DNA of 37,083 nucleotides from Ktedonobacterales bacterium (GCA_039924685.1 JBDTAI010000209.1:1-37083); one strand, 5' to 3'; shown: positions 8,867 through 17,636, numbered from the stretch's first letter. A program made the numbers and translations. Notes: generated by a model not told the origin, from the sequence alone.

Positions 8867-10465
8867 ATGGCCGCTCAGCGGATACAGCCATCTTCCGGGA
8901 AGCAGAGATCGCGTTGTGGCGCGCTGCTGATCGCGCTTGTCGCGGTCCTCGCCGTCGCGCTGGCAGGCGTCGCGCTGGCCTACATCCACTTTGCGCCGCT
9001 GGCAGGTTTCGGCGTGTCATCCACGAAGACGCCGACGCCGCCTACCTATTCTCTCGTGGGTGGCGGGCGCTGTGTCACGCTGGGGTCGCATCCTACTGGG
9101 CCATACGCCAATGTGCAGGTCAGCCATGATAGCTTCCTTGCGCACAGTGAGCCAATGCTTGCCGAGAATCCGGCCAATCCGCTGCAACTGGTGGGCGGCT
9201 CCAAGTTCTTCACCAATCCAGCGAAGTATGCGTTCCAGATCGGCTACTTCTCTTCTTCGGATGGTGGCTGCACCTGGACCGACGGCGGATTGCTGCCGGG
9301 CTACGCCGACCGGGGGCGCGTCTCGGACATCACTATGGCGTTTGGCCCTTCGGGTCACGTCTATGCGCTTGTGCTGTACCTGGCAAAAGACTTCATAGAA
9401 AGCGGCATTGCAGTCTCGACCTCGACGGATGGCGGCAAGACGTTCGGCCAGCCGGTCGCTGTCTATGATAATCCCACAGGCGCCGTCTTTGGCGACAAGC
9501 CCTGGATTGCTGTGGACATGTCGCATGGGCCGCATCGTGGCGCCGTCTATGTCGCCTGGTCGTATGATACGGGTGCTCCCTGCGGCTATGGCAACTTCTG
9601 CATCCAGCATCTTGGCGTTGCGCGCTCGGTGGATGGCGCGCGCACATTCTCGCCAGTGCAGTTCACGGAGGGCAACGCGCCTTTCTGCACGAATGCTGTG
9701 CCGGGCCGGGCGCTTGGCGATACGCGCTGTGACAGCGTGCTGGGCGCGACGCCGGCGGTCGAGCCAGATGGCACACTTGCCATCGCCTACGCCTACTTCG
9801 ACCTGACCAGCGGCATTCAGGGGCGTCCGCTGATCCCGACGAGGCTGGTGGTGGTCACATCGCATGATGGCGGGCAGACATGGTCCACGCCCGTCCGCGC
9901 CGTAACGGTTCACGATACGCCACCCGTTGTCCCGCCCGATGACTACCGCGCATTTCCGCTGCCAGCCTTCGCCGCTGACCCTTCTACCAGCGGCAGGCTC
10001 TATCTTGCCTGGATGGATGAGCAGCAGGGGCAGAGCAATATCCTCGTCGCTACCTCACGCGACGATGGGCAAACGTGGTCTGCGCCGCTGCGAGTCAATG
10101 ACGGACCATCGGGCAGCGGGGCCACCAAAGCCGATAACGCCTCGCAGCCCGCGCTGGCGGTGGCGCCGGATGGCGTGGTCAGCGTCATCTTCTTCGATGC
10201 GCGCAACGATCCCACCCATCACCTGCTGGACCTCTACCTGACGCAATCGCGCGACCATGGGGCGAGTTTCACGTCGAACATCCGTGTGACGACGGTGAGC
10301 AGCGATCCTCGCGCGGGTGGGCCGCGTGATGAGGGTGGCCAGCTCTTCTTCGGTGACTATCAAGGGCTGGCGGCAGACAACGCCTTTGTCCACCCCTTCT
10401 GGAACGACACCCGCACCGGCAGTCAGCAGATCGAGACCGCCGCTCTCCCCAGCATCCAGCCATGA
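8867..10465 (+). CDS. Membrane-anchored BNR/Asp-box repeat protein (sialidase-like beta-propeller)
   Basis: N-terminal TM segment ALLIALVAVLAVALAGVALAYI. Five Asp-box-like motifs: SSDGGCTW, STDGGKTF, SHDGGQTW, SRDDGQTW, SRDHGASF. Confidence 0.85.
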   Translation: MAAQRIQPSSGKQRSRCGALLIALVAVLAVALAGVALAYIHFAPLAGFGVSSTKTPTPPTYSLVGGGRCVTLGSHPTGPYANVQVSHDSFLAHSEPMLAENPANPLQLVGGSKFFTNPAKYAFQIGYFSSSDGGCTWTDGGLLPGYADRGRVSDITMAFGPSGHVYALVLYLAKDFIESGIAVSTSTDGGKTFGQPVAVYDNPTGAVFGDKPWIAVDMSHGPHRGAVYVAWSYDTGAPCGYGNFCIQHLGVARSVDGARTFSPVQFTEGNAPFCTNAVPGRALGDTRCDSVLGATPAVEPDGTLAIAYAYFDLTSGIQGRPLIPTRLVVVTSHDGGQTWSTPVRAVTVHDTPPVVPPDDYRAFPLPAFAADPSTSGRLYLAWMDEQQGQSNILVATSRDDGQTWSAPLRVNDGPSGSGATKADNASQPALAVAPDGVVSVIFFDARNDPTHHLLDLYLTQSRDHGASFTSNIRVTTVSSDPRAGGPRDEGGQLFFGDYQGLAADNAFVHPFWNDTRTGSQQIETAALPSIQP

Positions 10466-10535
10466 CCGCCGACGTATCAGTGCAGGAGGAAATCGTAACT
10501 TCTTCATCACGAGGATTCACAAGTACCACATCCTC

Positions 10536-10564
10536 TTGCTTCTTGGATTGCTAGCTGTTATACT
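10536..10564 (+). promoter_or_regulatory. Near-consensus sigma70-type promoter of the low-GC islet
   Basis: TTGCTT (10536-10541), exact 17-nt spacer, TATACT (10559-10564). It lies ~90 nt upstream of the ATG at 10658. Confidence 0.5.
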
Positions 10565-10657
10565 CACTCCATTACTAGCGCGCGAGAGGTAGTTCAGCCT
10601 CACATATTCCTATTCTCTGTTTTGCACGTCCTTTGGTTTACGTTAGGACGGAATGAA

Positions 10658-11989
10658 ATGACGCAACCCTTGCACATCCCGCCAGAGCAGGAGGAACTGT
10701 TCCGGTTCACATTCAAGTCGCCCATTGATGATCACATTCGACGGTTGACGCCGGTTGAGTATGGACGGTTCATCTACTACCTTTTCCAACGAGATGGGCT
10801 ATACCATCCTGTGCTTGTCGATGGTCCAGGTGATGGTGGTGTGGACATCGAGTTGTATGCCCGTAATGGCGTCAATCCTGAACTGTGCGGTGTTGTGCAG
10901 TGCAAGCGATTCCTTCTTGAGAAAGTCACTCCCAACGACCTCGCGCCCGTCATTGTCGCCGCCAACATGGCAAAAATTACACGAAAGTATTGTTTTACGA
11001 CCTCTGGGTACACGCCCCCAGCGCGTGCTTCTGCTCGCAACAACGACGTCAAGCTATTTGACTCTGCTGACGTGCGATTCTGGATTCAAGACATAACGCG
11101 CCGCGAATCTTTAAGAACGCAGTCTCCTAATCTCCCAGACCTCGATAGCATGCCTATACCTATCATTTGTGTCACCAACAACAAGGGAGGGGTTGGCAAA
11201 ACCACACTTACTGGCAACTTGGCTGCTGCCTTTGCTACTGAGCAGCACAATGTTTTGGTTATTGACGCCGATCCACAAGGTCATTTAACCTCCTGGTTGA
11301 CAGATCAGCGACACAATGCTCCTGCGCTATCTCTACATGCCGTGCTGACACAAGACGTTCCCATTTATCCCCTTATGCAGAGAACAACAGAAAAAGGCGT
11401 TTGGATTCTCCCATCCACTCAGGAGTTGCATGAGCTTCCGGGGGGACATAATGCATGGACATTTGAGCGCAAACTAGCCCATGCGTTGGCGGCGCTACCA
11501 CTTTCTGATCCACCCATTCGCTATGTCCTAATCGATACTCCTCCTGGCTTGGGCTCCATAACGCGGTCAGCAATGCTTGCAGCCAAGTCGTTGCTGATAC
11601 CGCTGCAGCTTGAGGTGTTTTCGCTTGAAGGGCTAGATGCACTGTTGGGCTTTATTGTCCAGACCGAAACGATTCACCAGAAGAAACCGCTTCAGATATT
11701 AGGAGGAGTGGCAACACGCGTGGATATGCGCTTTCGCTGGGGGTTTCGGTTTCGTGATAGGTTTGATTTACAGAATCGCCCGCGCTTGCAGCAATCAGGG
11801 CTTACTGATGAGCAATTCTGGTGTGGGCTGTTGCGGGAGCGAGGGGAATACAAGAAATCGCAAGCCGAACACCAGTCTGTTCTTCAATATGCGCGTCGTT
11901 CTGATGCTGCCGATGACATCTGGCAGTTGGCACAGGAGGTAACACATCGTGTACCCATACTCACCCACCTTGATACCCGAATCACCTAG
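10658..11989 (+). CDS. Fusion protein: N-terminal Mrr-type restriction endonuclease (PD-(D/E)xK) domain + C-terminal ParA/MinD-type deviant Walker A ATPase
   Basis: Nuclease part: LTPVEYGRFIYYLF, GDGGVDIE, VVQCKRF (D...QxK as in Mrr), CFTTSGYTPPA, KLFDSADVRFWI. ATPase part: NNKGGVGKTT, VLVIDADPQG, YVLIDTPPGLG, C-terminal SVLQYARRSDAADDIWQLAQEV. ATG at 10658 with aggacgga upstream is preferred over the TTG at 10622. Confidence 0.85.
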   Translation: MTQPLHIPPEQEELFRFTFKSPIDDHIRRLTPVEYGRFIYYLFQRDGLYHPVLVDGPGDGGVDIELYARNGVNPELCGVVQCKRFLLEKVTPNDLAPVIVAANMAKITRKYCFTTSGYTPPARASARNNDVKLFDSADVRFWIQDITRRESLRTQSPNLPDLDSMPIPIICVTNNKGGVGKTTLTGNLAAAFATEQHNVLVIDADPQGHLTSWLTDQRHNAPALSLHAVLTQDVPIYPLMQRTTEKGVWILPSTQELHELPGGHNAWTFERKLAHALAALPLSDPPIRYVLIDTPPGLGSITRSAMLAAKSLLIPLQLEVFSLEGLDALLGFIVQTETIHQKKPLQILGGVATRVDMRFRWGFRFRDRFDLQNRPRLQQSGLTDEQFWCGLLRERGEYKKSQAEHQSVLQYARRSDAADDIWQLAQEVTHRVPILTHLDTRIT

Positions 11990-12488
11990 TGTTAGCGATT
12001 CAGATTTCGCCAGCGATGCGGTTGAGACCCACGTGCAGGCGATTCTCACCGAGTTAGAGGAACTCCCCTCTGACGTACAGTTGGCTGTCTACACACGCTT
12101 GCTGAGTGGACTGACAAACAAGCTCACGTCGACCTTAGTCAAGAATGCGCTGGCTGCCGCAAAGGTTGATCAGCAGACACCCAAGCCGAAAGGAACTATC
12201 CGCAAGGCCACTTCGGCAGGACAGAAAGCGACAACTGAGAGCGTGCCGCGCGCAAATTCGATGTTGCGCCAACTGAATGATCCTTTTGATCCCATAGAGG
12301 CATGGCGGCGATTCGGCGGTAGCGCCGCTGAGATGCTTGATGTTTTGCGTGAGGAACCACAAGGTGTTCTGGAAGCAATGCTGAGACATCACAATATGCC
12401 ACCTGGACCAAAGCCACGAGGCAAATCGCGAGAAAAACTGGCGGAAGCTATTGCTCTCAGATTGGAGCAACAGTTCCGGGGCGCCTAA
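11949..12488 (+). CDS. Hypothetical partner protein of the nuclease-ParA fusion (helical N-terminus, Lys/Thr-rich linker, helical C-terminus)
   Basis: 179-aa ORF with balanced, helix-like composition; the antisense ORF is Cys/Ser/Leu-rich junk. GTG 11949 overlaps the upstream gene by 41 nt; TTG 11970 is an alternative start. No motif recognised. Confidence 0.6.
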   Translation: MYPYSPTLIPESPSVSDSDFASDAVETHVQAILTELEELPSDVQLAVYTRLLSGLTNKLTSTLVKNALAAAKVDQQTPKPKGTIRKATSAGQKATTESVPRANSMLRQLNDPFDPIEAWRRFGGSAAEMLDVLREEPQGVLEAMLRHHNMPPGPKPRGKSREKLAEAIALRLEQQFRGA

Positions 12489-12635
12489 TACCAAGTTTGT
12501 CTGGGTTCTTGTAAAAGATTGGCGCCATTGGAGGAATCTCCACGTCTTGAGCCAACGTCAAGCTATAAGCACCTACCTCACACCGGGATAACACCTACCG
12601 TCATGGTACCTCAACAACTGTAAACGTCTGACAAC

Positions 12636-12674
12636 ATCAGCCCTCCACCTGCACAATACAAGCGGAGGGCTGAT
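12636..12674. terminator. Hairpin between the convergent islet operon and lpd
   Basis: 11-bp perfect stem atcagccctcc / ggagggctgat with a 17-nt loop. Confidence 0.55.
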
Positions 12675-12699
12675 ATGTTCGGTTGTATTGTGGCGCTAG

Positions 12700-14136
12700 C
12701 TACCGGCGGGCAGCGGCAGCCGACCGCTGGAAGATGTGGACGGCGCGGCCCTCGGCGGCCAGCGTGGCCTCACGCAGCGCCTCGCTATAGGTCGGGTGCG
12801 GGTGGATGGTGGCGATCACCTCATCCGCCGTCAGCTCGGCGCGCATCGCCAGCGAGAACTCGGTGATCAGGTTGGTGGCGTCCGGGCCAAAGATCGCCGC
12901 GCCCAGAATCTCGCCATACTCGCCGAGGATCACTTTGGTGAAGCCCTCGGTTTCACCGGTCGCCAGCGCCTTGCCGTTCGCCACCCAGGGGAACTTGTCG
13001 GCGCGCACATTGCCACTGCGTTCACGCGCCTGTCGCTCCGTCAAGCCGACCGAGGCGATCTCCGGGAAGGTGAAGATCGGGCGCGGCACGATGTTGTAAT
13101 CCATCACGGCGTCGTGGCCCAGCGCATGCTCGGCGGCCAGCTCGCCCTCCATCATGGCGACGTGCGCCAGCCAGGTCTTGCCCACCAGATCGCCGATGGC
13201 ATAGACGCCCGGCAGGTTGGTTTGCAGGTGATCATCGGCCACTACGCGCCCGCGATCCATCGCCAGCCCAGCGCGGATCAGGCCGTCGAGTCCGGCGGGG
13301 TTCGCCTTGCGCCCGACCGCCACCAGCACATACTCGGCGTCAAATGCCTTTTGCTGGCCGTCGCTGGCCGTCGCCGTCACGCGCTTCCGGCCATCGGCGT
13401 CGGCGATGGACTCCACCTTCGCGCCGACCGCAATCTCCACGCCGCGCTTGCTGAGTGAGCGGGTGAGCGCCTGGCTCACCTCTTCATCCTCGTTGGCGAT
13501 GATGGCAGGCAGCATCTCGACAATCGTAACCTTTGTTCCCAGCGCATTGAACATGCAGGCAAGCTCGACGGCGATTACTCCGCCGCCAATACAGACCAGG
13601 CTTTCAGGAACCTTCGGCATATTCATCGCGTCGTCGCTGAAGATCACATTGCGCCCATCCAGGCCAGGGAACGGCGGGGTGATCGGCACAGAGCCGTTGG
13701 CGAGGATCAGCTTGCCCGTTTCGAGTTCCTGCGTCGTGCCGTCTTTCAGGGTCACGCGCACGCGGTTGGGCGCCAGCGTCTCGGCGCTGCCCTCGAAGAT
13801 GGCGACCTTGTTGGCCTTGAGCAACTGCGCCACGCCGCCGGTAAGTTGCTTCACCACCTTGTCCTTGAAGGCGACGGCCACGCTCATATCCAGCGTTGGC
13901 TCCGCATTCAACTTGATGCCGAGCTTGTCGAGTTCGCGCAGTTCGGCGTAGATTTGGGCGATGTGCAGCAACGCCTTCGAGGGGATGCAGCCCACGTTGA
14001 GGCATGTACCGCCGATATACTGCTTCTCGACGATGCCCACCCGCGCGCCAAGCTGCGCCGCGCGGATGGCGGCGACATAGCCACCGGGTCCCGCGCCGAT
14101 CACCAGCACGTCGAACTGCGAATTTTCGTTTGCCAC
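12700..14136 (-). CDS. lpdA: Dihydrolipoyl dehydrogenase (E3 component)
   Basis: FDVLVIGAGPGGY FAD fold and the redox disulfide GGTCLNVGCIPSK. GTG start at 14136 with GAGGAG 6 nt upstream. The 47-aa upstream extension in the ORF track has no Lpd-like sequence. Confidence 0.93.
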   Translation of the reverse strand: MANENSQFDVLVIGAGPGGYVAAIRAAQLGARVGIVEKQYIGGTCLNVGCIPSKALLHIAQIYAELRELDKLGIKLNAEPTLDMSVAVAFKDKVVKQLTGGVAQLLKANKVAIFEGSAETLAPNRVRVTLKDGTTQELETGKLILANGSVPITPPFPGLDGRNVIFSDDAMNMPKVPESLVCIGGGVIAVELACMFNALGTKVTIVEMLPAIIANEDEEVSQALTRSLSKRGVEIAVGAKVESIADADGRKRVTATASDGQQKAFDAEYVLVAVGRKANPAGLDGLIRAGLAMDRGRVVADDHLQTNLPGVYAIGDLVGKTWLAHVAMMEGELAAEHALGHDAVMDYNIVPRPIFTFPEIASVGLTERQARERSGNVRADKFPWVANGKALATGETEGFTKVILGEYGEILGAAIFGPDATNLITEFSLAMRAELTADEVIATIHPHPTYSEALREATLAAEGRAVHIFQRSAAAARR

Positions 14137-14481
14137 AAGGTACTCCTCGCAGGCGATTCCACAGCGCCCAGGTCGTATGCCCAGGCCGCAAATCGCTCTG
14201 TCTCTTTCTATGTCGCGCCGACCCCCATTGGCCGACGGCATCACCACATCGTTCACAACAAAGCCATATATCAGCATATCACCGTCAGTATATGATATGC
14301 GACGGGGCCGCGCTGGTAGTGGGTGGCGACCTGGAGCAGGCGGGTGAAGCGCATCATAGTATCACGAGAGGCGCTCGTGGTACACTGATACCATATATTC
14401 CGCTGCTACCTGAGAACAAAGGTACGTCAAAGACGGCTGCCGTTCAACGTGTGGAATGTGTGTGGAGGCGACGCGAGGCTT

Positions 14482-15933
14482 ATGTTCCCCGACCTGTTCC
14501 AGCGCTACCGCATGCTGCGTGTGCTGCTCACGCTTGTCACGCTGATCGTCGCCATCTATGCGTTCGAACTGCTCTGGGGCGCGCTGCAACTCTTTGGCGA
14601 CATCATCCTGCTCTTCTTCCTCGCATGGATCGTCTCCTTCATTCTGGAACCAGTCTCGGTATTTCTGCAACAGCGCGGAGTGAAGCGCCCGCTTGCGGTC
14701 ACGCTGATCTATCTGGCGCTGGCGGTGGTGATCTCCGGCCTGATCGTGCTGACGATTCCCACCATCGGCGATGAGGCGCAGCGGGTGGCGCAGGAGATCA
14801 CGCTGGCGTTTGCGCCTACCAATATCAACGCGCTCAATCAGCAGTTGCTCGTGACGCTCAAGCATCTCGGCTTCAGCGACCACGATGCGCGCAACTTTGT
14901 CTCCCAACTTTCCAGCCAGATTCCCGGTTTCGTTTCGAGTGTGGCTAACCAGGCGATCAACACTACGACCAGCCTCGTCACTTCGGTGCTGGTGATCCTC
15001 TTCGACACCTTCCTGGTGATCATCCTGTCGTTTTATATGATGCTGGATGGCGAACGGCTGGTGGAGCGTATGGTGGTGCGGTTGCCGCCCGTCTGGATCG
15101 AGGATGTGAGCCTGTTCCAGAAGAACGTTGACCAGATTTTCGGCGGCTTCTTCCGCGCGCAACTGATCATCGGCGCGGTGTATGGCGTGATCACCTGGCT
15201 GGCGCTGCTGGCGCTGGGACAGGCGAACGGGCTGCTGGTGGCGCTGCTGGCGGGCCTCTTTATGCTGCTGCCGTTCATCGGGCCGTTCCTGGCGGTGGTC
15301 CCGCCGATCATGCTGGTGCTGTTGCAGACGCCACCCAACCAGGTGATCCTGAAGCTGATCATTCTGGGGGTGACGCTCTTTCTGGGCCAGCAACTGGTCT
15401 TCCAGATCATCGCTCCGCGTGTGATGGGATCGAGCATCGGGATGCATCCGCTGCTACTCTTCGCCGCACTGCTGATTGGCGCGAAGGAGGGTGGTGTCTG
15501 GGGCGCCTTCTTCGCCGCGCCGATCCTGGCGGTGGCCATTGCGATGCTCCAGGTGTTCTATGACAGGTTCGCCGCGACCTCACCGCTCTTCAAGCCCGTC
15601 CAGCGGGCTGCGGCCTCCGCCGAGCTGGCAAACGCCGCCGAAACGGAGCATAAGGGTGATGGCGCCAGTGATTCACCTGATGGCAGAACCTTTGCCAGTG
15701 ATGAGAGTACTGGCAAAGCGGCGCCGATACGCGGCCAGGTGATCAGTCTGGCGCAACGTCTGCGCCTGATTGCCCCCACGCGCTCACGCCTGTCTACAGA
15801 CGAACTGCTGGCCAGCGAGAACGACCCCGACGATCCTGGCGAGCAGGACGATGCCGCCAAACTGTCGGAACGCACAGTGGAAACCGCATCGAAGGCTGGC
15901 GCGACAACTGCCCCGCGACCAGATGAGTCGTGA
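14482..15933 (+). CDS. AI-2E family (PerM/UPF0118) transporter with long acidic, disordered C-terminal tail
   Basis: Multi-TM profile with family-typical GGFFRAQLIIGAVYGVITW...LLPFIGPFLAVVPPIML. The start could also be GTG 14449. Confidence 0.85.
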   Translation: MFPDLFQRYRMLRVLLTLVTLIVAIYAFELLWGALQLFGDIILLFFLAWIVSFILEPVSVFLQQRGVKRPLAVTLIYLALAVVISGLIVLTIPTIGDEAQRVAQEITLAFAPTNINALNQQLLVTLKHLGFSDHDARNFVSQLSSQIPGFVSSVANQAINTTTSLVTSVLVILFDTFLVIILSFYMMLDGERLVERMVVRLPPVWIEDVSLFQKNVDQIFGGFFRAQLIIGAVYGVITWLALLALGQANGLLVALLAGLFMLLPFIGPFLAVVPPIMLVLLQTPPNQVILKLIILGVTLFLGQQLVFQIIAPRVMGSSIGMHPLLLFAALLIGAKEGGVWGAFFAAPILAVAIAMLQVFYDRFAATSPLFKPVQRAAASAELANAAETEHKGDGASDSPDGRTFASDESTGKAAPIRGQVISLAQRLRLIAPTRSRLSTDELLASENDPDDPGEQDDAAKLSERTVETASKAGATTAPRPDES

Positions 15934-16003
15934 CGACGCATCTATTCTACGTTGGCGCTCTCACCATGCCTGCCACGAAGTTCCTGACGTGGGCAAAAGA
16001 AGT

Positions 16004-16034
16004 CCCCGTCTGGCATACAAGATGTCAGGCGGGG
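16004..16034. terminator. Hairpin between the convergent transporter and citrate synthase genes
   Basis: ccccgtctggca / tgtcaggcgggg, a 12-bp stem with two G-U pairs. Confidence 0.4.
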
Positions 16035-16070
16035 AGTGAGAGAGGTGGTGATGTCTGATGCCTTGCGCTA

Positions 16071-17201
16071 TTAGCCGACGGCGACGGGGGTGCGCTGGTC
16101 AATCGGCGTGAAGGTGAGTCCCTCTGGCCCCACGTACTCCGACTGCGGGCGGATCAGGCGGTTACCGACAAGCTGCTCAAGCACATGCGCCGTCCAGCCA
16201 GCGACGCGGCTGATGGCGAAGGTGGGAGGGTAGAGGTCACGCGGCAGGCCGACCGAGTTCAGCACGGCGGCGGAGTAGAACTCCACGTTGGTGTAGAGGC
16301 GCTGATCGGGCTTGCGGCGGTGCAGTTCGTCGAGGGTATAGACCTCTGTGCCACGCGCCAGCGCAAAGAACTCAGGCGTGGAGGATTGCTGCGCCATCCC
16401 CCGCAGAATCTCGGCGCGCGGATCGGTCGTTTTGTAGACGCGGTGGCCGAAGCCCATCAGCTTCTGGTGCGTGTCGAGCGCGTTATTGATCCACGGCTGG
16501 ATGTTGCCAGCGGAGCCGATGGCGTCGAGCATATCCATCACCAGCGCCGGAGCGCCACCGTGCAGCGGCCCCTTGAGCGCGCCGATGCCACCGACGACGC
16601 ACGAACCGAGGTCCGACTCGGTGGAGGCGATCACGCGCGCCGTGAAGGTGGAGGCGTTCATGCTGTGGTCGGCCAGCAGCGTCAGGTAGGTATCGAGGCT
16701 CTTGACATGCGACTCTGGCGGAACCTCGCCGGTCAGCATATAGAGATAGTTGGCGGCGTGGCCGAGATCGCTGCGCGGCGCGATGGGATTCAGCCCGTTG
16801 CGGATGCGGTGGAAGGCGGCGACGATGGTGGGGAAGCGCGCCGTGAGTCCGATGGCCTGATCGAGCGTCGGCGTGCCTTCGATGGGCAGCATCGCCGCCA
16901 CCGCCGAGACGCCGGTACGCACCGCGCTCATCGGCTCGGTGTTACGCGGCAGGATGTGAAACACCTGGCCATTATCGGGCAGGTTGCGCTGCGTGCGCAT
17001 CTGCGTGTTGAGCTGGTCGAGTTCGGCGCGAGTGGGCAGATGGCCCCTCCAAAGCAGGTGACACACCTCTTCATAGGTCGCTTTGCCCGCTAGCTGATTG
17101 ATGTCGTAGCCACGGTAGACGAGCCGGCCTTCGTTGCCGAACACATGGCTGACACTGGTGGAGGCGACGACCACCCCCTCAAGCCCCTTTGCTGAGGTCA
17201 T
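16071..17201 (-). CDS. gltA: Citrate synthase (short, ~375-aa type)
   Basis: GLEGVVVASTSVS N-terminus and the signature GFGHRVYKTTDPRA. GAGGAG lies upstream of the ATG. Confidence 0.93.
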   Translation of the reverse strand: MTSAKGLEGVVVASTSVSHVFGNEGRLVYRGYDINQLAGKATYEEVCHLLWRGHLPTRAELDQLNTQMRTQRNLPDNGQVFHILPRNTEPMSAVRTGVSAVAAMLPIEGTPTLDQAIGLTARFPTIVAAFHRIRNGLNPIAPRSDLGHAANYLYMLTGEVPPESHVKSLDTYLTLLADHSMNASTFTARVIASTESDLGSCVVGGIGALKGPLHGGAPALVMDMLDAIGSAGNIQPWINNALDTHQKLMGFGHRVYKTTDPRAEILRGMAQQSSTPEFFALARGTEVYTLDELHRRKPDQRLYTNVEFYSAAVLNSVGLPRDLYPPTFAISRVAGWTAHVLEQLVGNRLIRPQSEYVGPEGLTFTPIDQRTPVAVG

Positions 17202-17636
17202 TGCTGTGGCTCCTCTCGAAACTGTCTCGGAAAGACACTCTGCTGATACTATTCATCAAGCTGGGTACATCGCGCAATGAGGGCGTCCGAGGGTACGCGG
17301 CTCCCTCATGCATATAATAGTTGATTTGTATTGATTTGTCCAGGGCGGCGCCAAAACACACCGAAATTGATCCGCAACGCGCCGACGTCGGCATGCGACG
17401 CTATCGGCACGATCCGGCGCATGTAGCGTAATGCCCGAATAGTAGCGACTTCGCCGGAGTTTTGGTGTGACACTGTTCCATATACGGCAGTTCCGAATGA
17501 ACGCTACGCATGTGTGCCTTTGCGTAGCAGCCCTTGCGCGCGATATGTGGATTACACTTGATTGCGCGAAGGTGGCGCAAAGATGGCACATGGCGCCACT
17601 TGCGCGCCAGGCGGCATATACGCCAGAGACGAGGTG

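Noticed and set aside
11150-11989. ParA domain interpreted as the chromosomal Soj/ParA partition ATPase
   Set aside because: There is no parB/spo0J, gidB or oriC-proximal context. The gene lies in a low-GC islet and carries an N-terminal nuclease domain, so a housekeeping partition role is unlikely.
12736-13951. 240-aa and 214-aa + strand ORFs inside lpd
   Set aside because: They are antisense or out-of-frame shadows of dihydrolipoyl dehydrogenase and have no motifs of their own.
14137-14277. N-terminal extensions given by the ORF track for lpd (and likewise fpg 8622-8657, clpP 19024-19122, VOC 34588-34650, GlcE-like 34841-34894)
   Set aside because: The family N-termini and good Shine-Dalgarno sequences sit at the downstream starts, and the extensions have no family-like sequence. 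In the GlcE case the upstream ATG lies inside a promoter-like element.
14362-15447. 361-aa His/Gln/Arg/Asp-rich ORF on the minus strand
   Set aside because: It is antisense to the AI-2E transporter, whose TM pattern is convincing. The extreme composition simply mirrors the hydrophobic codons of the sense strand.
16185-17093. 302-aa + strand ORF inside citrate synthase
   Set aside because: It is an antisense shadow ORF; the citrate synthase signature lies on the minus strand.
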